From NCBI GenBank assembly GCA_944371905.1, contig CALVYA010000005.1, forward strand, positions 7,728 to 71,727: a stretch of 64,000 nucleotides of DNA. The letters are read 5' to 3'. Made by a program: the position numbers and the translations under genes. Source of the stretch: an uncultured Bacilli bacterium. GTDB lineage: Bacteria; Bacillota_I; Bacilli_A; RF39; UBA660. Each line of letters opens with the position of its first letter. Positions within the stretch are counted from its first letter, which is position 1. Positions 9,985 through 17,995 of this stretch are shown here, in pieces. The notes under the pieces are model-generated. The model saw only the letters and a list, made by a program, of their open reading frames with translations. It was not told the DNA's origin and searched no databases.

Positions 9985-10375
9985 ATATAAAAAATAATAT
10001 TGAGTTAGCCGATATTATTTTTTATTAAGAGAAATGTTAAAATTTATTATAACAATAATTATTCCAATGATATAAAAGTGAAACCAAAAGTTGTAACTCT
10101 TTGAATAAACTCTATTAAGTCTTAGGTGTATCATTTTTAATGTATATTCCATAATAAAATTAGTAAAACTGCTAAAAAAAGATAATTTTTAAACTCAAAA
10201 TTTTATTACTGTAGTTTACTGGTACCTTGGTATTTTTCTGTTCATATTTTCCAACTTATTTTTTTGTTATATAATATAATTTTACAATGTTTTAGTAATA
10301 TAAACTGTTCTTGTATTCTGATCTAATAAATGTTAAAATATCTTTTTGAAAGAATATGAAAAAGGAGGTAGAGGT

Positions 10376-10669
10376 ATGTTTAAATTGGTTTCTAAATTTA
10401 ATCCTTCAGGGGATCAACCAGAAGCGATTTATCAATTAGTACAAGGGCTAAAAAAAGGTAAAAGAGATCAAGTTTTATTGGGAGCTACAGGTACAGGTAA
10501 AACTTTTACTATTGCAAATGTGATCCAAGAAGTAAATAAACCAACATTAATATTGGCACACAATAAAACTTTAGCAGGGCAATTATACAGTGAATTAAAA
10601 GAACTATTTCCTGAAAATCGAGTAGAATATTTTGTTTCATATTATGATTTGTCATGTATTTATTGCTAA
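10376..10669 (+). pseudogene. uvrB: Displaced 5' stub of uvrB: codons 1-91, then 6 unrelated codons and a stop
   Basis: [15 protein letters not shown]...GATGTGKTF...[11 protein letters not shown], then LSCIYC and TAA. It is collinear with codons 1-91 of the complete uvrB at 25864. Good RBS (AAAGGAGG). Confidence 0.9.
10620..10649 (+). repeat. attL core candidate (end of uvrB homology)
   Basis: GAGTAGAATATTTTGT (10620-35) and TATTATGATT (10640-49) are identical to 26108-23 and 26128-37. Sequences diverge completely from 10650. Confidence 0.7.
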
Positions 10670-10748
10670 TTTAGTATTAAGATCATCAATTAAATGTTAC
10701 AAAACAGTATAATACAAGATCTATTAGAACTATATAAAAAAGATTGTT

Positions 10749-10781
10749 ATTTGTGACTTTTATTCGTGTAATATCGTGTAA
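10749..10781 (+). repeat. Left-end copy of a 33-nt repeat holding two TCGTGTAA motifs (candidate arm-type or regulator sites)
   Basis: ATTTGTGACTTTTATTCGTGTAATATCGTGTAA matches 25713-25745 at 29 of 33 positions (hand alignment). Confidence 0.6.
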
Positions 10782-11314
10782 TGATGTATCAACCCATTAG
10801 ATGATGTGTGTCTAAAAGTGAGAAATTAACGAGAACAAATGAAATGTATTTATTTAATAGAATCTATGTCTAAATTAATTTGTTTAATCAAAGTATTTTA
10901 AAATTGATTTTAAAGTATGTTAATAAAATTTCCGTGTATTATTAATGTTATGAAATAATATTAGGTTTTAATATGAACAGACAGCAATATAAGAACAAAT
11001 AGATACTTCAAACAATATAATATTCTTTGTGGTTTAGGAATTGGTGGTTAATTATTTAAAAAGTAGAAGTGAAGAGTCTACTAAGTATGAAAATATTAAA
11101 GTATAAAAAAATTTATAAAATTTATTTCTAGGTCTTGTCTTTTACTATAATAGCTGTTAAAATGTGAGTAATTAAAGGTTTTGCCTTTGATGGAATAATA
11201 TCATTTCGGTTGTTAAAAGAAATGGTAACATCTTTGATAATACACTACTAGGGAGCAAGTTCCTAGCGGGCTCTTATGTAAATATTGTACATACGACCTC
11301 GTTATTACTAACCA

Positions 11315-11407
11315 AAAACAATACTACTAATATCACTAATAAAAGAAAACAATACTACTAACATCACTATAACTAACACTACTAATACTACTAACACTAC
11401 TAATACA
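11315..11407 (+). repeat. Iteron-like direct repeats in an ACTAAY-rich tract
   Basis: 24-nt unit AAAACAATACTACTAAYATCACTA at 11315-38 and 11346-69 (23/24 identical, 31-nt period). 18-nt tandem unit ACTAACACTACTAATAC(T/A) at 11372-89 and 11390-407 (17/18). Confidence 0.6.
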
Positions 11408-11450
11408 AAAACTATCATTACACATACTAAAACTAAATATAAAGAATTAC

Positions 11451-11483
11451 AAAACAGGAGATGAAATATTCTCCTGTTTTATT
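11451..11483 (+). terminator. Strong rho-independent terminator closing the ORF-free left arm
   Basis: AAAACAGGAG-atgaaatatt-CTCCTGTTTT followed by ATT; 10-bp perfect stem. Confidence 0.7.
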
Positions 11484-11558
11484 ATGAACTAATTGAAAAT
11501 TCAGATTCAGTATTAGCAAATTTCCTATTGTTATACCATGTAAATGGGAGGATAAATT

Positions 11559-11864
11559 ATGAATGAAATTGAAACAATGAAAACAGAAGAAGAAATATCA
11601 CATAAGAAATTTCTTGCTTATTTAATTGCTGATATGATCTATATTCATTACAAACATTACGAAAATTCAAATTTTGAAAGTTACAACCAATTTTATCATA
11701 GTAGTATGCAATTTATCAATTATAACAAACAGGAGCAGGAAGAAATATATCAAAATGTTGACTCTATTCTTGAAGAAAAATATGATTTATTCTTTGCCCA
11801 CAATGAAAAAGATGAACCTATTTATTTAGTTGATATTTCAGGAAAGGAAGATGATGTATGTTGA
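11559..11864 (+). CDS. Hypothetical acidic protein (island)
   Basis: 101-aa ORF with a GGGAGG RBS and a 7-nt overlap with the downstream ssb. No recognisable motif. Confidence 0.6.
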   Translation: MNEIETMKTEEEISHKKFLAYLIADMIYIHYKHYENSNFESYNQFYHSSMQFINYNKQEQEEIYQNVDSILEEKYDLFFAHNEKDEPIYLVDISGKEDDVC

Positions 11865-12187
11865 ATCAAATTGTTTTAGTAGGTCGTTTAATTAAAGATC
11901 CAGAAGTAGTTACTATGGAGTCTGGTAAAAATATAAGTCATATAACTATAGCTATTCCTAGACCATTTAAGAATGTTGAAGGAGAATATGATACAGATTT
12001 TATTGATTGTGTATTATGGAATACAGTTGCTGAAAGTACTTCAGAGTATTGTAGAAAAGGAGACATTATAGGGGTTAAAGGTCGTGTTCAAAGTTGTATT
12101 GTTGAAGATGCAAAAGAAAAAGATTACAATAAAATTGAAATAGTTGCCGAAAGAGTTACATTCTTATCTAGTAAGAAGGAGGAATAA
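11858..12187 (+). CDS. ssb: Single-stranded DNA-binding protein, short form (OB fold only, no acidic tail)
   Basis: MLNQIVLVGRLIKDPE...TDFIDCVLWNTVAE...KGDIIGVKGRVQS is a typical SSB OB-fold signature. At 109 aa it lacks the usual Gly/Pro-rich linker and DDDIPF-type tip. Confidence 0.8.
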   Translation: MLNQIVLVGRLIKDPEVVTMESGKNISHITIAIPRPFKNVEGEYDTDFIDCVLWNTVAESTSEYCRKGDIIGVKGRVQSCIVEDAKEKDYNKIEIVAERVTFLSSKKEE

Positions 12188-12301
12188 TTGCATGGAGTTT
12201 GTCTACGCTGCTGAAGGTAGAAAAAAAATTTTAAAGCTAATGTAGTCGGTAATTATGGATGCGTATATGGGGACTATGTTAAGGAAGTTGAGGGATAGTC
12301 A

Positions 12302-12652
12302 ATGAATGGTGTTGAGAGATTAAAAAAATTAGCAGAAGGTCAAGAAGATACTTCTCTACTTAGGGTTATAGAATATCTAGTTAATATCGATGATATGGAT
12401 GAGATGTTTTTAAATGAAGATAAATCTTTAAAGTGTATGGTTGATTATATCAAAGGTGAAGCTAAAAAAATAGCAAAATATGGATATTGTTGGGTTGAAG
12501 ATACTACTGTTTATGAATGGGCTGCTAATTATTGGTCTAAAACAGATGACGAGTTAGGAATAAAGAAACCTGTAGTTACACCTACACAAAAGACAGAAAA
12601 GAAAGAGGTTGTTCCGGAAATTAAAGAGTATGGACAACTATCATTATTCTAG
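12302..12652 (+). CDS. PcfK-like protein (the family that includes AcrIIA9-type anti-CRISPRs); tentative
   Basis: 116 aa. ...KSLKCMVDYIKGEAKKIAKYGYCWVEDTTVYEWAANYW... resembles my recollection of the PcfK-like core, and the gene is followed immediately by a PcfJ-like gene. Confidence 0.45.
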   Translation: MNGVERLKKLAEGQEDTSLLRVIEYLVNIDDMDEMFLNEDKSLKCMVDYIKGEAKKIAKYGYCWVEDTTVYEWAANYWSKTDDELGIKKPVVTPTQKTEKKEVVPEIKEYGQLSLF

Positions 12653-12664
12653 GTGGTTATTCCT

Positions 12665-14095
12665 ATGGGTTATATCAAAAAAGAATTACAAGACCTTATA
12701 AAGTGTATGGACGAAACTTTTTTAATTGAATCTGGGGTGAGAAAGTGGATAAGGCAAAGTGTTTACCCTAAACATAATCTTATACTAAAATCAAAAAACG
12801 GTTATTATTGTACAAATTGTAAAAAATTATTTTACTCTACTGCTAGAGTTGGTGAATATGTTGAGTGTCCTAAATGTAAAGAAACATTACTTGTTAGGAT
12901 GAAGACATTACAATATCAAATATTCAAAGATGATTTTAGAATTATTAATTATATCAATGGGTACTTTGTACTAAGAGGGTTTGAGGTATCATCTACATAT
13001 AGCAGTAATAAAGTTACACATAGGTATCAAGAGTATCAGAGATTGGTTATAAGCAAGGATAAAATCTACTTGTTAGTATCAAATGTATTCAAAAACTATT
13101 TGGGATATACAATGGTTAATTATAATGAAAAACATATTCGGTGGAGGCTACTAGATGGTCAGTATAGATGGTATATGTCTAGAGGGAGTATCTACTGGGG
13201 AGAGCTAAAGAGAGACCTAGAGGGGTCACTTTATTACTACTGTCCTATAGAGAGAGGGGTATCACCATATAATAATAATCAAGATATAGAGACACTACTT
13301 CAGAGGGTACTTATCAATCCTATAGCATTTGAATTATTATCCAAGCTCAATCTTACTAATCTTGCTATTCATTGTGATAGATTTATTAATAGAGGTTCAT
13401 TTGAAAAAAGGTTTGGTGTTACTAAGAATTATCTGCCATTTATGGTAAAGCACAATATTACCTATGACGAATTAGAGGTATTACAGATAATTAAACATAA
13501 GAACATTAAGGTTATAAGGAAACTTGCAGAGTTAAATAGTTATAAAGAGTTAGCACAATATGTTGATTTAGAAAAAGCACTAGCAAATGGTCTTACTAAA
13601 AGTAATGAGCATATGTATCTGGACTACCTCTCCTTTGCAAAACGACTACATCTTAATATGAAAGATAAACGAGTGCTATACCCTAAAGATATCTTAAAAT
13701 CACATGATGAACTTATGCACCAAGTAGAAACTATTGAAAACCAAGAAATAATTGAAAAAATTAAGATAAGGTATGAAGAATTAAAAAACTTAAGTTATCA
13801 AGATGATAAGTACATAATCTATCCAGTTCCAACAATGAGTGATTTAATTAACGAGTCAGAAGTACAAAATATATGTATTAGAAGTTACAACGAGCGATAT
13901 GCAAATGGTAAAACAAACTTGTTCTTTATGAGAAATCTAAAGAATGTTACTAAACCACTTATAGCTATTGAAGTACGAGATAAAAAAATTGTACAAAGTC
14001 GTGGAAAAGGTAATAATGAACCTACTAGATTACAAAAAGCATTCATTACTAAGTGGGAAAATGAAGTGTTGAAAGGAAGTGTATTATATGCCTAG
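12665..14095 (+). CDS. PcfJ-like protein with an N-terminal zinc ribbon; tentative
   Basis: CTNCKK...(17 aa)...CPKCKE ribbon. The C-terminal ...LIAIEVRDKKIVQSRGKGNNEP... resembles the PcfJ-like signature. I prefer the ATG at 12665 after AGGTGG. Confidence 0.45.
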   Translation: MGYIKKELQDLIKCMDETFLIESGVRKWIRQSVYPKHNLILKSKNGYYCTNCKKLFYSTARVGEYVECPKCKETLLVRMKTLQYQIFKDDFRIINYINGYFVLRGFEVSSTYSSNKVTHRYQEYQRLVISKDKIYLLVSNVFKNYLGYTMVNYNEKHIRWRLLDGQYRWYMSRGSIYWGELKRDLEGSLYYYCPIERGVSPYNNNQDIETLLQRVLINPIAFELLSKLNLTNLAIHCDRFINRGSFEKRFGVTKNYLPFMVKHNITYDELEVLQIIKHKNIKVIRKLAELNSYKELAQYVDLEKALANGLTKSNEHMYLDYLSFAKRLHLNMKDKRVLYPKDILKSHDELMHQVETIENQEIIEKIKIRYEELKNLSYQDDKYIIYPVPTMSDLINESEVQNICIRSYNERYANGKTNLFFMRNLKNVTKPLIAIEVRDKKIVQSRGKGNNEPTRLQKAFITKWENEVLKGSVLYA

Positions 14096-14366
14096 ATTTC
14101 AAATAGGAAAACTTATTATAACAAATGGAATACAAAACATAATAAATGAAAACCCTAGTTTTCAATATGAGTTAGTTAATTATTTGAATAGATATTTAAA
14201 CGAAGATTGGGGAATTTTATGTGATAGTGATAAACAAATGAATGAAGCTGCAATAAAAACTAATGAAAGAATACTTGCTTCGTACGATACAACTAAAGGT
14301 AATATATATGTAATAACTGAAAGAGACAGGTCTTGCACTACAATTTTATTGAGGAATGAGTACTAA
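14088..14366 (+). CDS. Small conserved protein associated with mobile genetic elements, function unknown
   Basis: The signature ...EDWGILCDSDKQMNEAA...ERILASY...IYVITERDRSCTTILLRNEY resembles a small protein family I recall from plasmid and ICE leading regions. It overlaps the stop of the upstream gene. Confidence 0.5.
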   Translation: MPRFQIGKLIITNGIQNIINENPSFQYELVNYLNRYLNEDWGILCDSDKQMNEAAIKTNERILASYDTTKGNIYVITERDRSCTTILLRNEY

Positions 14367-14602
14367 TGAATTGCAAAAGTAAAACTATATACAAAACAGT
14401 GGCAGAAAATATAAAATATTACCGTGAAGCAAAAGGAATGACAATAAGTGACTTAGCTCAAAAAACAGGATATACTAAAGACTTTATTACTAAATTAGAA
14501 GCAGCTATATACACAAAAAAATGTACAATAACAGTTGTCTATAATATAGCAATTGCTCTTGGCATCAAGATAGACCTATTATTGATAGATGACAAAAAGT
14601 AA
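14366..14602 (+). CDS. XRE-family helix-turn-helix protein
   Basis: 78 aa; ...NIKYYREAKGMTISDLAQKTGYTKDFITKLE... is a classic HTH_3. TAATG overlap with the upstream ORF. Confidence 0.75.
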   Translation: MNCKSKTIYKTVAENIKYYREAKGMTISDLAQKTGYTKDFITKLEAAIYTKKCTITVVYNIAIALGIKIDLLLIDDKK

Positions 14603-14666
14603 ATTCAAAATCAGTATAGTGTTAGATTAGATTATGCTATAATTAAATTGAAAGGAGAACTTTTAT

Positions 14667-15167
14667 ATGAAAAACGAATTATATAAAGAAATTAGAAAAA
14701 TGAAATCAAATGATTTAATATGCGTAGCATCACGACCTGGTCAAGGGAAAACGACAACACTATTAGCGTTAGCGGATGATTTGCTAACAAATAATAAAAA
14801 CATTGTTTTTGTTACACTAGAATCATCAGCAGAATTATTGAAATCAAAAATTAAAATTAAAAACAATAAAAAATTAAATGTCGTTGATTTACCTAATTCA
14901 TCAATTGAAGAGTTATCTGATGTTGTTGAAAAAATCAAGAAAAAAACAAAGGTAGATTATGTTTTCGTTGATTATATTCAACTTCTAAACTGTGATGTTA
15001 AAGCAAGAGATGCTTTGTTGAAAGAATTGACAATATCATTAAATATACCTTTTGTAGTATCCTCACAACTACCTAGAAATTATAATGAAATGAATATTGG
15101 ATTAGAAAAACAAGAGTATACTAAAATATTCATAATCAAAGATTTTAATGAGTATGAAATTTTATAA
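14667..15167 (+). CDS. Mini DnaB-family ATPase (RecA-like C-terminal domain only, 166 aa)
   Basis: ASRPGQGKTTT (DnaB-type Walker A), VFVDYIQLL (Walker B region), VVSSQLPRN (the SQLSR-like motif). No N-terminal helicase domain. Confidence 0.6.
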   Translation: MKNELYKEIRKMKSNDLICVASRPGQGKTTTLLALADDLLTNNKNIVFVTLESSAELLKSKIKIKNNKKLNVVDLPNSSIEELSDVVEKIKKKTKVDYVFVDYIQLLNCDVKARDALLKELTISLNIPFVVSSQLPRNYNEMNIGLEKQEYTKIFIIKDFNEYEIL

Positions 15168-15246
15168 TATACTATGAATGTTATCTAAAAATCATCTAAT
15201 TCAATAGCTAAACAAAAACGTAATTAGTAGTTGATGATTACTTTAA

Positions 15247-15271
15247 GACATACCTTAATTGGTGTGTTTTT
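15247..15271 (+). terminator. Candidate terminator after the mini-DnaB gene
   Basis: GACATACC-ttaatt-GGTGTGTT (8 bp including two G-T pairs) followed by TTTT. Confidence 0.4.
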
Positions 15272-15337
15272 AGTTAGTTCAGTATCAGTATGTATTACAG
15301 TGTATTGGTAGTAAAATAAGTGTTGAGGTGGTTTATA

Positions 15338-16297
15338 GTGAATTTGAGTTCTATAATTGATAATAAACTGATGGTACATGACTATGAATTTATTATTAAG
15401 GATTGGTTATTAGATGCAGAAATATCTATCAATAGTAAGGATACATACGAATATGCGGTAAGAAGATATATAAAATATTTACAAGAAAAAGATATTACTT
15501 CAACTAGAAATACAGTTATAGAGTTTAAAAATGAAATGATAAATAGTTATTCAAATAGTACAGCATATATTCTCTTATCGGGTGTTAAAAGTTTTTATAG
15601 ATATTTGGCAAGAAAGTATAGTATACAAGATGTTGCTAAAGATGTTAAGTTACCAAAAATACCTAGGGGCTTTAAAAAAGATTGTTTAACTGTGGAACAG
15701 GTATCACAATTGCTTAATTCATTAAATGAAAATACTTTAGCACAGCTAAGAGATAAAGCTATGATTAATTTATTTATAAGATGTGGATTAAGGTGTTGTG
15801 AAATAATAAATGCAAATATTGAAGATATAGGAACTAAAGATGGTCAAAAGGTACTTTACATCAAAGGCAAAGGGCATACCGAAAAAGATGATTTTGTAGT
15901 ATTAACTACTGATATGTTAAGAATATTAGATAAATATTTGGTAAAGCGGAAAGAATACATAGATAAAAGTCCACTATTTGCTAGTGTTAGTAATAGATCT
16001 TATGGAAAAAGATTAGATAGTAGTACAGTTAGAGCAATTTGTAAAAGATATTTTAAAAATATAGGAATTAATACACCAAGAGTTTCAACACATAGTCTAC
16101 GACATACAGCAATTACTCTTTCTATTTTAGCAGGTGCTGGGATAATAGATGTAAGGGATTTTGCACGACATACTGATATTAATACTTCATTAAGGTATAT
16201 TCATAATCTTCAAAGGTTAGAAAATGCACCTGAATTAAAAATTGATGAATTTTTAAAGAAAAACAGTTCAAAAGAAAAGGATGAAATCATAAGTTGA
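15338..16297 (+). CDS. Tyrosine recombinase, XerC/XerD-like (no Arm domain)
   Basis: SAM-like N-terminal domain; catalytic region ...GLRCCEIINANIEDI..., HSLRHTAITL, ARHTDINTSLRYIH. I prefer the GTG at 15338 after GAGGTGG; the track start is 15320. Confidence 0.85.
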   Translation: MNLSSIIDNKLMVHDYEFIIKDWLLDAEISINSKDTYEYAVRRYIKYLQEKDITSTRNTVIEFKNEMINSYSNSTAYILLSGVKSFYRYLARKYSIQDVAKDVKLPKIPRGFKKDCLTVEQVSQLLNSLNENTLAQLRDKAMINLFIRCGLRCCEIINANIEDIGTKDGQKVLYIKGKGHTEKDDFVVLTTDMLRILDKYLVKRKEYIDKSPLFASVSNRSYGKRLDSSTVRAICKRYFKNIGINTPRVSTHSLRHTAITLSILAGAGIIDVRDFARHTDINTSLRYIHNLQRLENAPELKIDEFLKKNSSKEKDEIIS

Positions 16298-16365
16298 AAT
16301 CACCCTTTTATGCTACTAAAAACTAAGCCTAATTAACACTAATTATTATTATAGTGTATTAAAAT

Positions 16366-16755
16366 TTAATGATTATTTTTGTTTAATAATCCGTTTATAT
16401 ATCCAATAACATTTGCTTTGTCTTCTTTACTAAGTTCATTGTATTTAGTAACTAATAAATTATATTCTTCACTATCATATTTTAATAATTCATCAACTTT
16501 TGTTGATATATTAGTTCTGTCTAACAAATAATCTATATTGACATCAAAATAATCTGCAAGTTTTATTAATGAAACTAAACTTGGATGTTTTGTGTTATAC
16601 CTATATCCTTGAATTGATGAATCAGATAAATATAACTCCGTTCCTAATTTAGTATCATTTATATTTTTATTTTTCATTATGGTTTCAAGATTATTCATAG
16701 AAATATTTTTTTTAACTTGGTTATAATTATCTTTATTAGAATCAGAAAAACGCAT
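16366..16755 (-). CDS. XRE-family HTH regulator with a C-terminal extension (cI/ImmR-like or C-protein-like)
   Basis: ...LGTELYLSDSSIQGYRYNTKHPSLVSLIKLADYFDVNIDYLLDRT.... Strong GGGAGGTG RBS. Divergent from the 16901 operon. Confidence 0.75.
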   Translation of the reverse strand: MRFSDSNKDNYNQVKKNISMNNLETIMKNKNINDTKLGTELYLSDSSIQGYRYNTKHPSLVSLIKLADYFDVNIDYLLDRTNISTKVDELLKYDSEEYNLLVTKYNELSKEDKANVIGYINGLLNKNNH

Positions 16756-16770
16756 TATAATACACCTCCC

Positions 16771-16879
16771 AAGTGGCTTTAGTAAAAATATTATTCCACA
16801 ATATGGTTATATAAATACGCCACTATATGAGAAGTTAATTTGAAAATACCACTACAAAGAGTATAAATTATGATATAAT
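16771..16879. promoter_or_regulatory. Divergent control region: extended -10 promoter for the 16901 operon plus repeated GCCACT/CCAC(T/A)A boxes
   Basis: TGATATAAT at 16871-79. CCAC(A/T)A boxes at 16796, 16820 and 16849, and an inverted AGTGGC at 16772-77. Confidence 0.4.
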
Positions 16880-16900
16880 AGATTTAAGGTGGTGAAACTT

Positions 16901-17323
16901 ATGCATGTAAGAATAATTCCTATGTCGTTATATGATGAAACTTTTGTAGGTAAATGTATTGAGGAAATACAAAAAGACTTCTTTAAAGATTATTTAATTA
17001 ATGTTAGTAAAGGTTGGTATTATTATGGAAAAAGTGGCTTAGAAGCAAATTCTGGTGATTTATTATTATTTCAAATGAATAATCAGGTAATTGCCTCTGC
17101 TATATTAGAAAATGTTATACAATTTACTAAACCTACTATTGATGGTAATACTGGTGCTTTAATACTTGATAGAAGAACGATCAAAGTTTTTCCCCCAATT
17201 AAAAAAGAAGAACTATCTTTATTTATTAAAAAGTTTATATCTTTTAATCAAGTAAAGCAAAAGTTTGACGTTAAAGATGTAGACTTTCCTTCTTTGGAAA
17301 AGAGGATGAAGGAAAATGATTAA
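16901..17323 (+). CDS. Hypothetical 140-aa protein; possible PUA-like (EVE/ASCH-type) small beta-barrel (weak call)
   Basis: ...GDLLLFQMNNQVIASAILENV... resembles the central strand pair of PUA-like reader domains. AAGGTGGTGA RBS, and an 8-nt overlap with the downstream nuclease gene. Confidence 0.3.
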   Translation: MHVRIIPMSLYDETFVGKCIEEIQKDFFKDYLINVSKGWYYYGKSGLEANSGDLLLFQMNNQVIASAILENVIQFTKPTIDGNTGALILDRRTIKVFPPIKKEELSLFIKKFISFNQVKQKFDVKDVDFPSLEKRMKEND

Positions 17324-17963
17324 AATCAAGTTCAATCCTATCAATGATCGCATTATTGATGAAATAATTAAGGAAAAAGAAAGCGTTAATTTTGATAAAA
17401 AATTAATTAAAGATGATGAAAATTTAAGTGGAAGTTTTAATAAGTTGGTTGGAAATTTGACTGCTATGACTTTAAGAAAATATATATCTAACATAATAAA
17501 TTATCATGGATTAAATTATAAAGTTTCTAATTCTAATGCATTTGTTAAAGGATGTCCTATTGAGTGGGATTTAATTATATTAAAAAGTAGTGCTGAAGAT
17601 ATAAATAATACTAATGTTTTTGATGCTAGAGATTGTATATGCTTATTAGAATTTAAAACAAGCGGTTTGATGCCTAATCAATTTAAAGATATTAATAAAA
17701 CATTTAATACTCAATTTAGTCATTTGTATGCTTTGAGAAAAATTGCAAAAAGAAATATTCCTTTTGGATATGTAACATTTGCAGAAAGTATTGAATACTA
17801 TGATAAAACTTTAAAATATTTTGATAACATGAATGGATTAAATAATACTGCGTTTGCATTTTTAGATTATCAAGAATTAGCCCTTAATGATGAGAAAAAA
17901 TATATTGATGTATGTAATGATTTTGAAAGATATTTGTTCGATTTATTAAATCAAAGTAAATAG
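17316..17963 (+). CDS. Putative PD-(D/E)xK-fold nuclease (restriction-endonuclease-like)
   Basis: ...GCPIEWDLIILKSS...(about 20 aa)...CICLLEFKTSG gives a D...E-x-K arrangement on hydrophobic strands. No cognate methyltransferase is present in the island. Confidence 0.45.
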   Translation: MIKIKFNPINDRIIDEIIKEKESVNFDKKLIKDDENLSGSFNKLVGNLTAMTLRKYISNIINYHGLNYKVSNSNAFVKGCPIEWDLIILKSSAEDINNTNVFDARDCICLLEFKTSGLMPNQFKDINKTFNTQFSHLYALRKIAKRNIPFGYVTFAESIEYYDKTLKYFDNMNGLNNTAFAFLDYQELALNDEKKYIDVCNDFERYLFDLLNQSK

Positions 17964-17995
17964 TTAATAAAAGGTTAAGGTGATGATAAATATTT

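Noticed and set aside
10015-10152. A 45-aa minus-strand small ORF (MEYTLKMIHLRLNRVYSKSYNFWFHFYIIGIIIVIINFNISLNKK) in the 410-bp gap upstream of the uvrB stub. I considered it as a possible small membrane peptide or type I toxin.
   Set aside because: There is no Shine-Dalgarno sequence upstream of the ATG and no recognisable antisense RNA or promoter pair. ORFs of this length occur easily by chance. It is worth a look only if Ribo-seq data exist.
9965-10375. I looked for a LexA/Cheo box (GAAC-N4-GTTC) upstream of the native uvrB stub, and also upstream of the element-borne uvrB start (25617-25863), to test the idea that SOS control was rewired.
   Set aside because: I found no GAAC-N4-GTTC palindrome in either region. 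The nearest sequences (CTGTTCTTGTATTC at 10307-20, and TCTGTTCATATTTT at 10237-50) have only one half-site. SOS regulation of either promoter therefore cannot be claimed from the sequence.
11281-11410. I considered whether the ACTAAY-rich repeat tract is a CRISPR array or a Thr/Asn-rich coding repeat.
   Set aside because: The units are 18-24 nt with no unique spacers of CRISPR size, and no cas genes are present. The only open frame through the tract is preceded by TAA (11309-11) and has no ATG, GTG or TTG start before the repeats.
16298-16380. I considered a junction between two tandemly integrated elements, given that a recombinase gene ends at 16297.
   Set aside because: There is no uvrB-like fragment or att-core copy here. 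Only ATGATTATT (9 nt) resembles the core, which is not significant in DNA this AT-rich. The AACACTA...TAGTGT hairpin is adequately explained as a terminator between convergent genes.
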